DNA of 64,000 nt from Callorhinchus milii (Eukaryota), in contig NW_024704743.1 of NCBI RefSeq assembly GCF_018977255.1, positions 89,344,001 through 89,408,000 of the forward strand, given 5' to 3'. A program made the translations under genes and the position numbers. Below are positions 1 through 12,410 of the stretch, one piece after another (the first letter of the stretch is position 1; each line of letters starts with the position of its first letter). Below the pieces are notes generated by a model. The model ran no database searches and had not been told where the DNA came from. It worked only from the letters and a program-made list of their open reading frames with translations.

Positions 1-419
1 GTGGACATTACGTGGAGCAGGCCAGAGTCCGCCAAGCAGAGGGAGCTTCATGTGCATTACAGTAGATAATGAACAACAACTTGAAATTTATATAGCACCC
101 TTCATGCTGAACAGTGTCTCGGAATAGCAAACAAACCCAATTCAACTATAGCAAAGCTGTAAACTGTAGCAAAGCATGTAAAATAAAATGTTAATCTGCA
201 CCTTCATAGTTTTCTGTAAGATTACTGTACTTCATTCTGATGCATTTTCAGATCGATTATCTTTCAGCTTGATGTGTGGTTTTCTCAGTACACATTTTTC
301 TTGGTGTTCTTGCCTTCAGGAGAGACTTACACCCAGATCCTCGGTCTGTCTTTCTCTTTCAGATGCTGGTCAACCTGCTTTACATTTACATCAGTTTCTG
401 ATTCTATAGCATTTGTAGA

Positions 420-560
420 CAGTACTTAGACCAGTATGAGGGTGATGCTCCAGTGTGGAGTTGGGGAGAGTGCTGCATCGTCGGAGATGCTGACCGCCAG
501 ATGAGTCGTTAAACCGAGGTTTCGTCTGCCTGCTGAGGTAGACGCTAAAGATCCCATATA
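420..560 (+). mobile_element. Deu-domain SINE fragment
   Basis: gagtgctgcatcgtcggagatgctg...gatgagtcgttaaaccgagg...aaagatccca matches the Deu core seen in many other copies in the window. Confidence 0.75.
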
Positions 561-1115
561 TTGGTTTCATTCCCACCCAGCCTTCCAAAGTTGGAGCTCG
601 AAATATTTCATTGCAGTTTAGAAAATAGGTTTGAAGACCTGCTGTGAGTCCTGCAGTTTTTTTCTCTCTCGCTATCTATAATAGCTGTACAGGGACTGAC
701 TGGTATTTACAACCTTTACTTAAGTAAAACTCACACAAAGTAACAGATGTTGGTAATGCAGTATGAAGTGCAGTACTGAACTTCAGCAAAACAATACAAC
801 TCACTGAAAGCTCTCCAGTGCATACGGATTACCTGAGCTTGGAAAGGCCACCTGAGCCCCAGCGACTCTACAACCACTATATAAATCACAATAGAACCCT
901 TTGCAGCAAAGAGAAGGTGGATCTACAGGATTAGTAACAGTCAGTACATGGGATTTTGCTATTCAGCAGAAATTATCCGGAATTGTGATTATTTCCCGCA
1001 GGCACCAAAATTAATTATTTTTCTGGACTCTAAGATTTAGTTATCCCCATGGAATAGATAGGGATTTGTGGTGTATTCTTTCACTCAGTGAATGTTCTAA
1101 ATTGCTGTCTTATAG

Positions 1116-1266
1116 GTAGTAAGTACTGGGTATTTAAAGAAGCTACCCTAGAACTTGGCTACCCTCAAAACGTGGTTGAACTGGGAAGTGGAGTACCTTC
1201 ACAAGGTATTGATACAGCCGTGTGGTGGGAACATGTTGGTAAAACCTACTTCTTCAAAGGAGACAG
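1116..1266 (+). CDS. MMP16: MMP16 (MT3-MMP) internal coding exon, hemopexin domain (third-from-last exon)
   Basis: Acceptor ttatag| at 1115, donor |gttagt at 1267; 151 nt encoding GSKYWVFKEATLELGYPQNVVELGSGVPSQGIDTAVWWEHVGKTYFFKGDR. Matches hemopexin repeats of membrane-type MMPs and is phase-compatible with the next exon. Confidence 0.95.
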
Positions 1267-1364
1267 GTTAGTCCTTCTTCCCATGGAATGTGTGTTATAA
1301 TTCAGTGATAATTGCTCTCCTCTCTCTTGGCCTAGATGGCTAGGGATATCTGTGAGCATCCTTT

Positions 1365-1975
1365 AACAACAACATGAACAACAAAATTACATTTGTATAG
1401 CGCCTTTCACGTCGGGAGGACGTCCCAAGGCGTTGGACAATCAGTGTTTGGGACCCAAGCTAGGGGTCGGGATCGGGGAGGGTGGAGGGCGGGGGGGAAG
1501 GAAGGTGACCAAAGGCACGGTCGAAGAGGAGGGTCTTGAGTCGGGTCTTGAAAGAGGCAAGGGAGGGGATGAGGTGGAGCGACTACAGAGGGATGGAGTT
1601 CCAGAGGGTGGGGGCAGAGTGGCAGAAGTAACATCCCCCGCCCGCTAAGGTGAGGTGGGGGATGTAAAGTAGGCCAGAGCCCTGAGCGGAGGTAGCAGGC
1701 AGGTTGGTAGGGGTTAGAAGGTCGCAGAGGTAGGGGTGAGCAAGACCATGGAGGACTTTAAAGGTAAGGACCAGGATCTTGAACTGTATGCTCTGTGTGA
1801 TGGGAAGCCAGTGGCCTCGGGTGATGATGGGGGTGATAAGGTTGCGGAGCCTGGTGTGTGAGAGGACACAGGCTGCAGAGTTCTGGAGATCTGCAGCTTA
1901 TGAAGGGAGGAGTTGGGGAGGCCGACAAGCAGGGAGTTTGTGTAGTCAAGCATGGATGTTGTGAACGCGTTATTT
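1365..1975 (-). mobile_element. L2 LINE 3' fragment in MMP16 intron
   Basis: (CAA)n tail plus the stem-loop gcgcctttcacgtcgggaggacgtcccaaggcg and degenerate L2 ORF2 C-terminus. Confidence 0.9.
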
Positions 1976-2904
1976 AAGTGGTGAGGAAAGACAAATGCTC
2001 TGCTTGTGGAGAACCATTTTGTACAAATTTATCATAGAAATAAGGGTTAACAGCTTTACCAATGTTAAACAAACAGTTGTTGTCCCTTAGGAGTATTTTC
2101 TGTTGAACTCATTATTCAGTCCACAGACTGACCTCTGGTTTGAAACTAAATGTATTTTGGATTATGCTGTTCCAGTTTAACTACAAGAACAACTTGTGCG
2201 CTCATATATTAGTGATGCATGTACTTGCACATTTATGTAATAAGAATTATATACACTTACATGAATGTGCAAGTTTATATATATGTATGCACACACACAA
2301 CAAGATTACATTTGTAGAGCGCCTTTCACGTCAGGAGGATGTCCCAGGGCGCTGTAACACACACACAGACACACACATACAGCCTGCATGTGTAGTGTGT
2401 GGGCAAAGACATTTGTTCAGTTTTAGATTGATGCAGTACGTCATTCCCATTACAAACATCTGATAATTAATCTGCACAAAAATAACAGAGCAAGAGACAG
2501 GTAGTCTTGTGACAGTCTATTAAATTTGCTTTCATAGATGTGACAGTAGAGCCTACTTACATATTATCAATATATTACCTTTGCAGAATTCAGAATAAAT
2601 GAAAGTCACCACAGATTATTTATTGCACATTGTGTACATTTGCCCTGATGAGGGCTCTAACTGTGAGACTCACTGGAGGTTTGGAAGCAGTGAACCCCAG
2701 ATGTGTCACAAAAACCCTAGAGGTTAATAAAAAGTAGAGACAAACTGAAACTGTTCAACAGAATCTTCTTCATTTGGTTCCTGATCAAGACTGCTTTCAT
2801 TCATTCACCTACGCCACATTGGCAGTGCCTTGGGATATCCTCCCAACGTGAAAGGCGCTATATAATGTAATTTGTGTTGCCTGCTTTCACCCCTACCTCA
2901 CACT

Positions 2905-3657
2905 TAATGCCACTGAATCCTCATTCACACCTTTCATACCTCCTGACTAGACTTTCCAAACACATTTCTTGCCAGTCTCTCTACTTTCGCAATCCATAAA
3001 TTCCAACTGATCCAAGTCTCCTGTATTTTCTCTCACACCAAACTCTGCACGCCGATCACCCCAACCCTCACCAGACTCCATTGTCTCCCTTCTCCCAATG
3101 AATCAACTTCACTTTACTTATAAACCCCTTCACATCCTAGCACCTCCCTATCTCTCTGATCTCCTCCTATCCCACTCCTCTGCTCACTCATCTGCTCGAC
3201 TGATTCAGGCTTGCTGCACATCCTCAGTCCTTTCCGTGTCCCCTACCTACCTGCCCGTACCCTCCGTTCCTCTGGCTCCGGTCTGCTCCACGTCCCCCGC
3301 CCCAACCGCCCTACCATCGGTGGTCGGGCCTTCAGCCTCTCAGCCCCCAGGCCCTGGAACTCCATCCCCCAGTGCCTTCGCCTTGCTTCCTCCCTTTCCT
3401 CCTTCAAGGCCGGTCTCAAAACCTTTCTCTTTGACCGTGCCTTCAGCTCCCCTCTCGACTCTCTTCCCCCTCCTCGCTCCCTCCCTTCCCTCCCCTCACC
3501 CTGACCATTTCCCCCTCCTCTCTCCCTCCCTTCCCTCCCCTCACCCTGACCATTTCCCCCTGCTCGGGTCATGACCCAACTGTGCAGCGCCTTGGGACGT
3601 CCTCCTGACGTGAAAGGCGCTTTATAAATGGAATCTTGTTGTTGTTGTTGTTGTTGT
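2905..3657 (+). mobile_element. Nested L2 fragments: older copy (2905-3215) followed by a young 3' end (~3237-3657)
   Basis: ORF 3211..3504 PYLPARTLRSSGSGLL...GGRAFS...WNSIP...FKAGLKTFLF is the L2 ORF2 C-terminus. (TTG)n tail; internal ~40-bp tandem duplication at ~3480-3560. Confidence 0.9.
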
Positions 3658-3694
3658 CATCGAGAAATTCCACACCCCTAATCTCTGCAACTCT

Positions 3695-4340
3695 TTCCAC
3701 TCCTCCATTTTGTCCCCACTCTAAATGGGACTACCTGCCTCCTACACTCCAAAGCTGCAGACTATCCAGAACTCTGCAGCTCGTGTATTTTCCCTCTAGG
3801 CTCCGCCAGCTATCACCCGCATCGTCGCCCGGCTCCACTGACTCCCTATCCTCCAGCAGATCAAATTCAAGATCCTTGTCCTAACACATAAATTTTGCCC
3901 ACAAATGTACAGTCAATTCACTTTACAGTATATCCTGTGAAGCGCTTTGAGATGTCTAGAAGATGTGCAAAGCGCTATATCAAATGCAAGGATTATGATT
4001 TATTATTATTTAAATCCCTCATGGTCTTGCCTCCCCCTTCCTCTGTGACCCTTCAAAACCTACAAACCCAGCCCTGCCCTCTACTCAACGGGCACTGGGC
4101 TGCTTCACATTCCACACCCCACCATCAGTATATTTGTCCCACTCTCTAGAACTTCATCCCAGAGAACTTTTGAGTTTCCTTTTCCCTTAAGATCCACCTT
4201 AAGATCTTCCTCTTTGACTGCACTTTTGGCCACCTTTCCCCCCTTGTCTTCCCCTCCCCCTTGGCTCCACTCCCAGCTGAGTCCCACTCCCACGTCTTCC
4301 CAATGTGAAAGGCACAGTATAATGTAAATTTGTATTGTAT
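3695..4340 (+). mobile_element. Older L2 3' fragment interrupted by a SINE 3' end (3894-4010)
   Basis: L2 sequence resumes after the SINE tail; TAAAT duplicated at 3889-3893 and 4011-4015 as a target-site duplication. Confidence 0.8.
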
Positions 4341-4559
4341 TGCATGTAACTCTTCGACCATGTCAACAGTATCTTCCCCCTCCTTCGCTCGATGTCTGAT
4401 CTTAACTTTGTGAAGCACTTCCAAGATATTATCCTACCTGAATGGTGCTATATAAATGCAAGGTGGTTTCTTTTAAAATGGCATCAGTTGCAGAATAAAA
4501 AATCTTATCAATCGCATTGGTTTAACCTACATTTGAAACCTTATGTTGTGTGCCTTTAG

Positions 4560-4675
4560 GTACTGGAGGTATAATGAAGAAATGCACGACGTGGACAGTG
4601 GTTATCCCAAGTCCATTGCAATATGGAAAGGGATCCCCGAGTCTCCACAGGGGGCCTTTGTCAGCAAGGAAAGTG
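4560..4675 (+). CDS. MMP16: MMP16 penultimate coding exon, hemopexin domain
   Basis: Not in the ORF track; read by hand. Acceptor cctttag| at 4559, donor |gtaaga at 4676; 116 nt encoding (R)YWRYNEEMHDVDSGYPKSIAIWKGIPESPQGAFVSKES(G), in frame with both neighbours. Confidence 0.95.
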
Positions 4676-5964
4676 GTAAGAGCAAACATTAAGTGTTAGT
4701 TTGCACAGAGAGGTCCTACTTTGGTCATTGTGCTTCTGCACACCGCTATTTCCCTGGAATAAATTAGCAACACCAATACCAATGTAAAGCACACTCATAC
4801 CGAAATGGCATGAATTGAATTGATGCATAGACCCGATCTGTGATAGCAGGAGTGGTCTGAGATTGGGAAGGAGCTGAAGCATCTAAAGTGTGCTGTCCTA
4901 GTGTTCTGGCCAATAATCCCCCAGATAATAAATTAGTTATTCAGTTATGAAACACTTTTGAGACATTTCGTCGTGATAAGGTGCTATATCAAATGCAAGG
5001 ATTATTACCACATCCATAAAGGCAATACTAGTCTGACTCACTGGTGGGCACATAATTTTTCCTTCGATGAGTCAGACTTGTACCAGGCGATCAGTACAAT
5101 AACGTCATTAATATGTTTCAGACCGTCATAACAAGTCTATATTCAACCTCAGTGCCAAATTTGTAAATGGAGCAATGTGAATTCACTTGATACAATCAAG
5201 TTTAACACAAATTTAAATAAGTAGCATGAAAGCTATGCTTTGATTTAAACCATAAGATGTTGAACTAGTTAATGCTGTATCCTATACAGCAACACACTGT
5301 ACAATAGCTTAGTTTACCCTCAAAATACACAACCACTACACTTTACAATAAATCATGTGAACTGCTTGGAGATGTCCTTCTGATGTGAAAGATTATATCA
5401 AATGCAAGAGTTATTTTTTAAAACTTCCACTCCTTAATGTTATGCTGTATTCAGTTCAGCGAGTCCACAGCTAGAAAATGGGATCATTAAGAACAAAGTG
5501 GAAAATATCATTGCTTTCCACAGTCAGTGAACATCAGTTGTTTTTTTAACTTCTAGCCATCTAAATCTGTTACAAGCTAATGCATTCTGACCAGTGACTT
5601 TTATTACCTAGTAAGGCAATAAATGTGGAACTGAGCTTTTTGTCAAGCCAGACTTTCGATAGTGCGATCAATTTACAACTGTTTAAGACCAATTGTTAAA
5701 AGGTCAGATTGCCCAACTCAATCCAAGCATTGCTCCTCAGGTTTTCAAACCCATAAAAAGGTGTTTTGCTGTGTAATGCATTAAAATGACATGAAACACT
5801 CAATATTGTAAATGCAAGGATTATTACATTTCTTTCTAGAAATACATATAGCACTGCAATGTTTATGCTGGCTAGCAGGAACATCTCTCCAACCCAATCT
5901 GTTTTTTGAACAAGTTCCCTCGAGTCAGGAGGATGTGAGTGAAGTACTTTTTGTTATTGGGAGG

Positions 5965-6120
5965 AGTCTTGCCTTAAGATTCTTGGCTAGTATATTGGGA
6001 GAAACTCCATCCTCTTTTTGAATAGACCCATGGGATCCTTACCTGAACAGGCAAATGGTACCTCAGTTAAATGTCTCATTAGAATAATAGCACTCTGAAC
6101 AATGCAGCACTCCAGCAGCA
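5965..6120 (-). mobile_element. Deu-domain SINE fragment
   Basis: Reverse complement of the Deu core (ccatgggatc...ctgaacaggca...aatgcagcactcc). Confidence 0.7.
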
Positions 6121-7407
6121 AGAGTTTCAACCTGGACTAGGAACTAAAGTCCTACTTGACCCCACATCATTAGCAAATGCTGTGATGGGAGAATAGTAGA
6201 GTGGATATTCTGGAGGGATGAGATCAGATGGACCTGTGTCACCCAAACCAATCTTATGATCTTCTGAACCTATTGACTCAGAGGTCCCAATGCTACCAAC
6301 TGAGCTAGACTGGCAAATCAATATAATGTGGATTTCTGTCATTATCAATTCATCCACATGCTCTATGCAGTTCACTGGGGGCTATGTTTCTTCCAGTTCA
6401 GTTCCTGTTAACAAAAGTCCTTATGGGTAGGGTGGTCCTAGCTGGACAAATAGTGGACAATTATTACAGTGGCAAATTGGGAAAAGATTGCATATTCCTT
6501 TCCTGATTAATGAAAATTTCCATACATATGTGGATCACCATCTGGTTTGGAGACTCCTGCATGGTGATGGATTTCTGCATGTGTCAGGCATCCAGCTGAC
6601 CAAAAAATCATCTGGTTATTACTATTGTCTATCGCTTGTGATATTAGTTGTGCTCTCCAGGGCCCAATACTTTCAAAATACCATCAGTCACAAACTCTAT
6701 CCTCTGAGTGTGGATATGAGTTCTATCCAACTGTGTTGTTTAGCTCAGACACCTGTGTTGTTGATATTAACACTACAGGATTGAATACTTTCTCATGGAG
6801 AAGTCACAGTTCTGGTTTAATTCCGAGGCTGTTGTAATTATGAAGACAAAATTGGTCAGTAGTTTTCCACTAGATTTTAATTAGAATCTACAGAAATTCA
6901 CAGAGATGGTAGATTTTACAATGTGTCTTTGACACAGAAAGTAATAACTATTGCACCATCATTTAGAACCAAGATTTTGCACAAAGGATTAAGAAATTCC
7001 ATTTAGAAATATCACAGTATTTACCCACTGTACTATTTAAAGATGAGAAACCGAGGGTTCACTACCATTCTCCCATCACAGCATCAAGCTGATTTGTTGT
7101 TAATTGATATGGGTTCAAGTGGGAATTTGAGCTCATTTGAATGCTCTGTGCTCTATTTCATGTCCCTCATCTGATCCAGCCCAGCATTAGTAGGTGAGCT
7201 TTCAGCCTTCTCTCTCCAGTTTACCTTTCTCCCTCCACATCTTCAAAACCCACCTTAAGACCTCTGTTTTCAACCATGCCTTCTACCACCTCACCACCCC
7301 CACTTCCTCTCAAAGCTCGGACTCTAGCCAGCTACATGAATTGCTTTGAGCTGTCCTCCTGACACTATGTAAAACTATGTTGACTGATTATGTTTTGATA
7401 TTTGCAG

Positions 7408-7742
7408 GGTATACATTCTTTTACAAAGACAAGCATTATTGGAAATTCAACAACCATAAGCTCAGAGTGGAACCTGGCTACCCCAGATCAATCCTTAAAG
7501 AATGGATGGGATGTGACCGAACTAAGAATGGAGGCAGCGACAGGCATGGCACTCAGGACGATGTCGACATTGTGATTAAAATTGATAACACGTCCAGCAC
7601 TGTGGATGCCATCGCCATCGTGATCCCATGTACTTTGGCCTTGTGCTTTCTGGTGTTGGTTTACACAGTGGTTCAGTTCAAGAGGAAAGGAGCGCCACGG
7701 CACATACTGTACTGTAAGCGTTCCATGCAAGAGTGGGTGTGA
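7408..7742 (+). CDS. MMP16: MMP16 last coding exon: end of hemopexin domain, stalk, transmembrane helix, cytoplasmic tail
   Basis: Acceptor tttgcag| at 7407. Encodes GYTFFYKDKHYWKFNN...WMGC...AIAIVIPCTLALCFLVLVYTVVQFKRKGAPRHILYCKRSMQEWV with TGA at 7740-7742. The tail PRHILYCKRSMQEWV is characteristic of MMP16 (MMP24 ends YYKRPVQEWV). Confidence 0.95.
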
Positions 7743-10700
7743 TTGAAGCTGGACACTGTGAGATTTTAATAACAGGGATGTAAACCCTGCAACCCAGCAA
7801 TGAGCCACGCATCTGTCTGCCTGAGACACGTGAATTATGGTTGAGTTTCTTGGAGCTGTCTGTTCCGAGCATGAATGGAGATTCTATAAAGAGAAGGGGG
7901 AAGCTTCCATGATACACGGTATCATCTGTATTTCGGTCCTTTGTCGTTCTTTGATGCGCCATTCCGTATAGGCCTTTTATCTGCACGCTTGATGCCCTAG
8001 TGGACTTTGCCCCCGGAATTAAGAAAAAAAGGAAAAAAAATGCAAACAGAACACTGGTACTATACTTCATTGCTGAATCAGATCTCTTTCCTACTCGGAG
8101 AGTGTGGTTAAGAATCCTTATGCTGACTTTATCTTTTTTTCTGAAGCAGAAAGACTCTTCAGCTTTTGCATTCATTTTCCAAAGAGGATCACAATCTGTC
8201 TAATAAGGAAATATTGCTGCACTTGATCCTTTCAAGTACAAGGCCAGGATCACAAAGCATAGAAAATTAGACTGTTCTGAAAGTCTGTCTCCAAGTAACA
8301 GGGGCCAAATATCTGCAATATTGTAACAGCCTTAAATATATATTTTTTCTTTTTGTTTTGTAAAGCAGTTCAGAACAAAGGTGATACTTGGGATTTTCAA
8401 TAGCTGTGGTTGATGTACATTTAAATTTTATGTAATGGAATTGTAAAATTACACTTAAGGAGTTCCTATACATTGATTTTCCTGCTGTCACTCACCGACT
8501 TCCCACCTTCTATCAAACCATCATAGAGGATTTGTTTAACAAAGAAGACTAGAAGTAGCAGTAGAGTGCTATAAATGGAACCATCAAGCAAAAATAAGCC
8601 ATTGATGCTTTTCCACCCACAACAGCAGCTGAGACCACACGTAGTTTCCGCCAGAGAGACTCGATGGGGTGACAATGCCATGAATATACTTATTGTATAA
8701 TGACATGGATACCATTTGTGAGCAGCTAAAGAAGTGTGCATTATTGAACTACATATAACTTCTCAGAAAGTATAGCTAATTTCTCAGTGAATTGAAATTC
8801 ATTGTTCTTAAAACATATGATAGTGACAATTAAGAAAACGTGTGTTAATTATCACATAAGTCAATCTAATGTGGGCATGTGTCATTATCAATTCATCCAC
8901 ATGTCCTACTTGGTTATTACTATTATATAATGCCTGAGATATTAGTGGTGAACTACACAGCCATGACTTCCAAGGTACATTTAACATTACAGTGTTGCGT
9001 GCATAAATTGTGCAAAAAACCTTGGTTTGAAGTTGTCGAGCTCTGCAGTTATCCCATAATTAAATCTCCCATTTAGGAAGATGCTAAAGACCTCAATCTG
9101 GAAGTTGTTTTTTAGCCTGCCATGTATTTTGAAGTACTGTATGTATTTGTCGTGGGGATTTAGATCAGTACCAATGCAGTTTGTATCCCCACTCTGCTCT
9201 TCTTTACCTACCCACACTGTGATTTTAGGAACTCTGGGGTGAAGAGCAGAGGTTATTTGCATAAAGACACAAACTGCACATTATAGAGAACAATTCAAAT
9301 TCTTCACATTCAAATGGTTCATGGGCCCAGCTTTTTCGGAAGTGACTTTTGAGTTTCTTTGCCTTCCACATACAGGATGGAGGGGAAGTTTAATTACAGG
9401 GCAACTGTGGGGAACTGGGGCTTGAGCCAATCCCGTAGCGCAAATTGTTTTTCTCACCATTTTAACATTTAGCAACCAACTGAAATCTTTCTTGATTTTA
9501 AGAGCTACTTCCTCCTGGAGAGCAGATTTATCCTGTCACTGGGCTGTGCACTGATGTAACAAACAGCCACTTCACCAATGTAACTCACGGATCAGAACTC
9601 CCTTTTGTATGAAAATGTGAGCGTAAAATGGCTTTTAAAATAATTAAAGGTTTGCCTTCAACTTATTACTTAATACATTTTCAGGCTGTTGTAATTACTG
9701 AACTTTTTAAAAATTCTTCAACTGGAAAATATTACCATTCCATATCCTTAAAAGTGTTTTCCTCCTGTCTTTGATCTTTAGCAACCAACTATAGACATTA
9801 AGTAGAAAGGTAAAGAAACTAAACTTGTGTTTTTTTGTTGATTCTAACATCCATTGCAACTTTCTCACGTTCGCATATTGCTCAGTAAGCCCGAAAGCCA
9901 GAGTGCAAGTTTAATGCTGGAGTGCAGCTAATTCAGTGATCTCTGAGGAGAGTAAAATGGCACGAGCACTGTAATCAGCTCTCCATTCCTGTACCTGTAT
10001 CTTTTTAAATTACTTGTTTTGTGCAGCCTCATTCTTGTTTGTCCACAGCATGCCTGGCTTGCGTGAAGCATTTAAAAGGTATTCGTTGCACAGCAGATTG
10101 ATATTTGAATGTGTTAGATTGACAAACGTGGGTGCATGACAACATTTTTCTCACTGATATGAACCATAATGATTACTTGACTCCAGGTTTGTTAATTTAA
10201 TGCATGGTTATAGTGATCAAAAATTACACCAAAACCAAGTTAATGGATTTTTCTTACAATCAATTCTTGGGGGTGATTCACTGCAGATCAGTTACTTTAT
10301 CAACCCTATTGATGTGATCTTTAATGGGTAAATTTACTGATGATAACAGAATCGTGGCCACCTCTCCCAGATTCTGCAGGTCCGTATTCTTTCTGACTTT
10401 GTCGATGAAAACTTTTAATGTGTAAATGTAATGATAAATCTGAGAATTTTGAGAATAATTTCCCCTTCCTCATTTTTGTTACATTCTATTTCCTCTTTGT
10501 TAATAGGATGGTAGATAGAGGTCAAGGGAACAGGAAAGCTTATATCTCCAGCCATGAACATAAGTGATCATGTGTAATGGATTATTTATGTTTATAGTTT
10601 CTTGCTCTACCCTTTGACTGCTGTGGATGAACAACGCAACCAGTTCAAAATGTATTAAGCATTCAAATCAACAATTTCCCTACCCCCACACCCATTTCCC

Positions 10701-10887
10701 TCCCCCCCCCTGACCCATGGCAATCAAAGAGTTAAGGGCTGTGCAGTGATTGTTTTGTATTTATTAATTCATATTTATTTTGAAACAGTTCTTAATGTCA
10801 GCTGTAAGTGTCTTTTATCGGGGAGGGTAAATGGCTTTTTATACTATTATATTGTATGTATTCAGCATCACTGTTTCACTGTGTTGT

Positions 10888-10924
10888 ATTAAAAAAATGG
10901 AGAAAAAAAGAATCTGTCAATAAA
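10888..10924 (+). terminator. Candidate proximal polyadenylation signals (ATTAAA 10888-10893, AATAAA 10919-10924)
   Basis: Hexamers seen directly, preceded by TGTA and U-rich tracts; usage unverified. Confidence 0.4.
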
Positions 10925-11325
10925 TAGGAATCCAGACCGGAAAGTTAAATGGGAACTCTCTGTTGAATGGTGTCCTGTAATATTTTTTAATTGTGTTTCT
11001 TGAATCTCATTAGACTTGAACTTCTGATTGTACAGATGGAAATGAATCTTACTGTGATACCAGTTTTCATTACACAGATGTATGGGTAAAGCAAAAACAA
11101 AGTGCATAACCAATGGTACAAATATCGACTACTCTGTGTTCAAGACATATCCCACATTGCACTGTTCTATCACTGCTCAACTTTCTGATGAGCCGGGCCA
11201 TTTCAGTTTCATGCACTGTGACTGGTTAGACAATTCACAGCAGATGCATTTCCTGAATCTGTCAAGAGTGTGCTAATAATCACACTACATGAGACAACAT
11301 TCTTGAATGTACTTAGTGCTTTAGT

Positions 11326-11331
11326 AATAAA
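11326..11331 (+). terminator. Candidate distal polyadenylation signal AATAAA
   Basis: Hexamer near the end of the repeat-poor block; retroelement copies resume at ~11560. Confidence 0.45.
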
Positions 11332-11800
11332 ACAGAACAAAGCTTCGTATTCTTTACACAAACACAGAAAGAAGACACCATAACAACGCATTCAGAATAG
11401 CCGCAAGATTCACCTGCATTCATCCATTGTCAAGTTTTCTTATTCATTTACAATTAGCAATCCATTTAAAGGGATGCTCTTTACTATTAGACAATCTTGC
11501 AATAATTAGGGACCAAATTATAACTTGCAGTTCCAGGATAGGTTACATTTTCAACAAGATACCAACAGCAATAAATTCCATTTGTATAGCGCCTTTCACA
11601 TCAGGAGGACGTCCCAAGGCGCTGGAACATCTCATGATGGATAAAACCAAGGTTTTGTTCCCCATTACTCAGTGAACAATCCAATGGTTGGTGAATTCTG
11701 TTTCCCAATGATGAGAAGAGCTGACGTTGAAGTATGCCTGTATTAGCAAAAGTGGTGATTTGAGCAACTGTTTGAAAACTTAGTTCTTACAAGTCATCGG

Positions 11801-12410
11801 AAACAACAACTTGCATTAATTTAGTGTCCTAAGGGGAATGTGTTGGGGGCACTTTACAGGGCCAGGGTAGATATTGAGCAAGGGTCAGGGAAAGAGGTGG
11901 TTGACTATATGTGAGTTCAACAAGGTAGAGGGACAGTAGTTAAAATAGAAAACGAGGTGATAAGACAAAATGGTATAGGAGGGAGGGAATTCCAGAGGTT
12001 AGGAGCATAAGAACTGATGGTATCTTGTTGCAATGGTAACCTACCCTCGGAATGCAAGTCAAGAACCGAACAAGAGGGAGGACACAAAACTATCCCAGGT
12101 TAGCTGAGTAGAGGGTACAGGTGGAGGAATAGGGTATGAGAAGTTCGAAGAAATAGAGTTGAGGGTGAGGAACTTGAAATTGATCTGCTGGGTAACAGGA
12201 AGGCAGTGGAGGCTGGTGAGAATTGGGGATTGATGGTCATGTGGAGTTTATTGATGTGAGCATAGTTATGTTGAGGGAAAAAGAAAAGCTGGTGATTGAA
12301 CCGGCCACCAAACTTGCACCCCAGTTCAGAGAGTTTGAGAGATAGGCTAAGGAGATTGAGGAGGTCAGAACCAGAAGAGAAGTTGGTGGGAGGACTTTGG
12401 AAGATAACTT
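11801..12410 (-). mobile_element. Old L2 3' fragment
   Basis: (CAA)n tail and degenerate gggagggaattccaga and cttgaaattgatc motifs. Confidence 0.65.

Larger units (their letters stand above)
7743..11350 (+). other. MMP16: Putative long 3' UTR of MMP16
   Basis: Follows the stop codon. About 3.6 kb without the young L2/CR1/SINE copies that fill the rest of the window; AU-rich tracts (e.g. 10757-10781); poly(A) hexamers near its end. End point is inferred. Confidence 0.7.

Noticed and set aside
1088..1300. 70-aa ORF as a separate protein or soluble MMP16 isoform
   Set aside because: It is the 151-nt exon plus intronic flanks; no evidence for intron retention here.
2644..2675. Hammerhead-like ctgatgag motifs (also ~47007, ~11185, ~52114)
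   Set aside because: Stems I-III and a cleavage triplet cannot be built; the first has GAGAC instead of GAAAC.
6177..7084. 23-bp inverted pair in the last MMP16 intron (6177-6199 / ~7062-7084)
   Set aside because: Both are pieces of a dispersed CR1-type 3' tail also seen at ~25830 and ~38945.
7408..7742. Assignment to MMP24 or MMP14
   Set aside because: Stalk, TM and tail (DIVIK.DNT.STV, RHILYCKRSMQEWV) are MMP16-type.
7488..8203. Antisense and UTR ORFs (113, 165 and 67 aa)
   Set aside because: They overlap the last exon and UTR, have no recognisable domains, and are compatible with chance.
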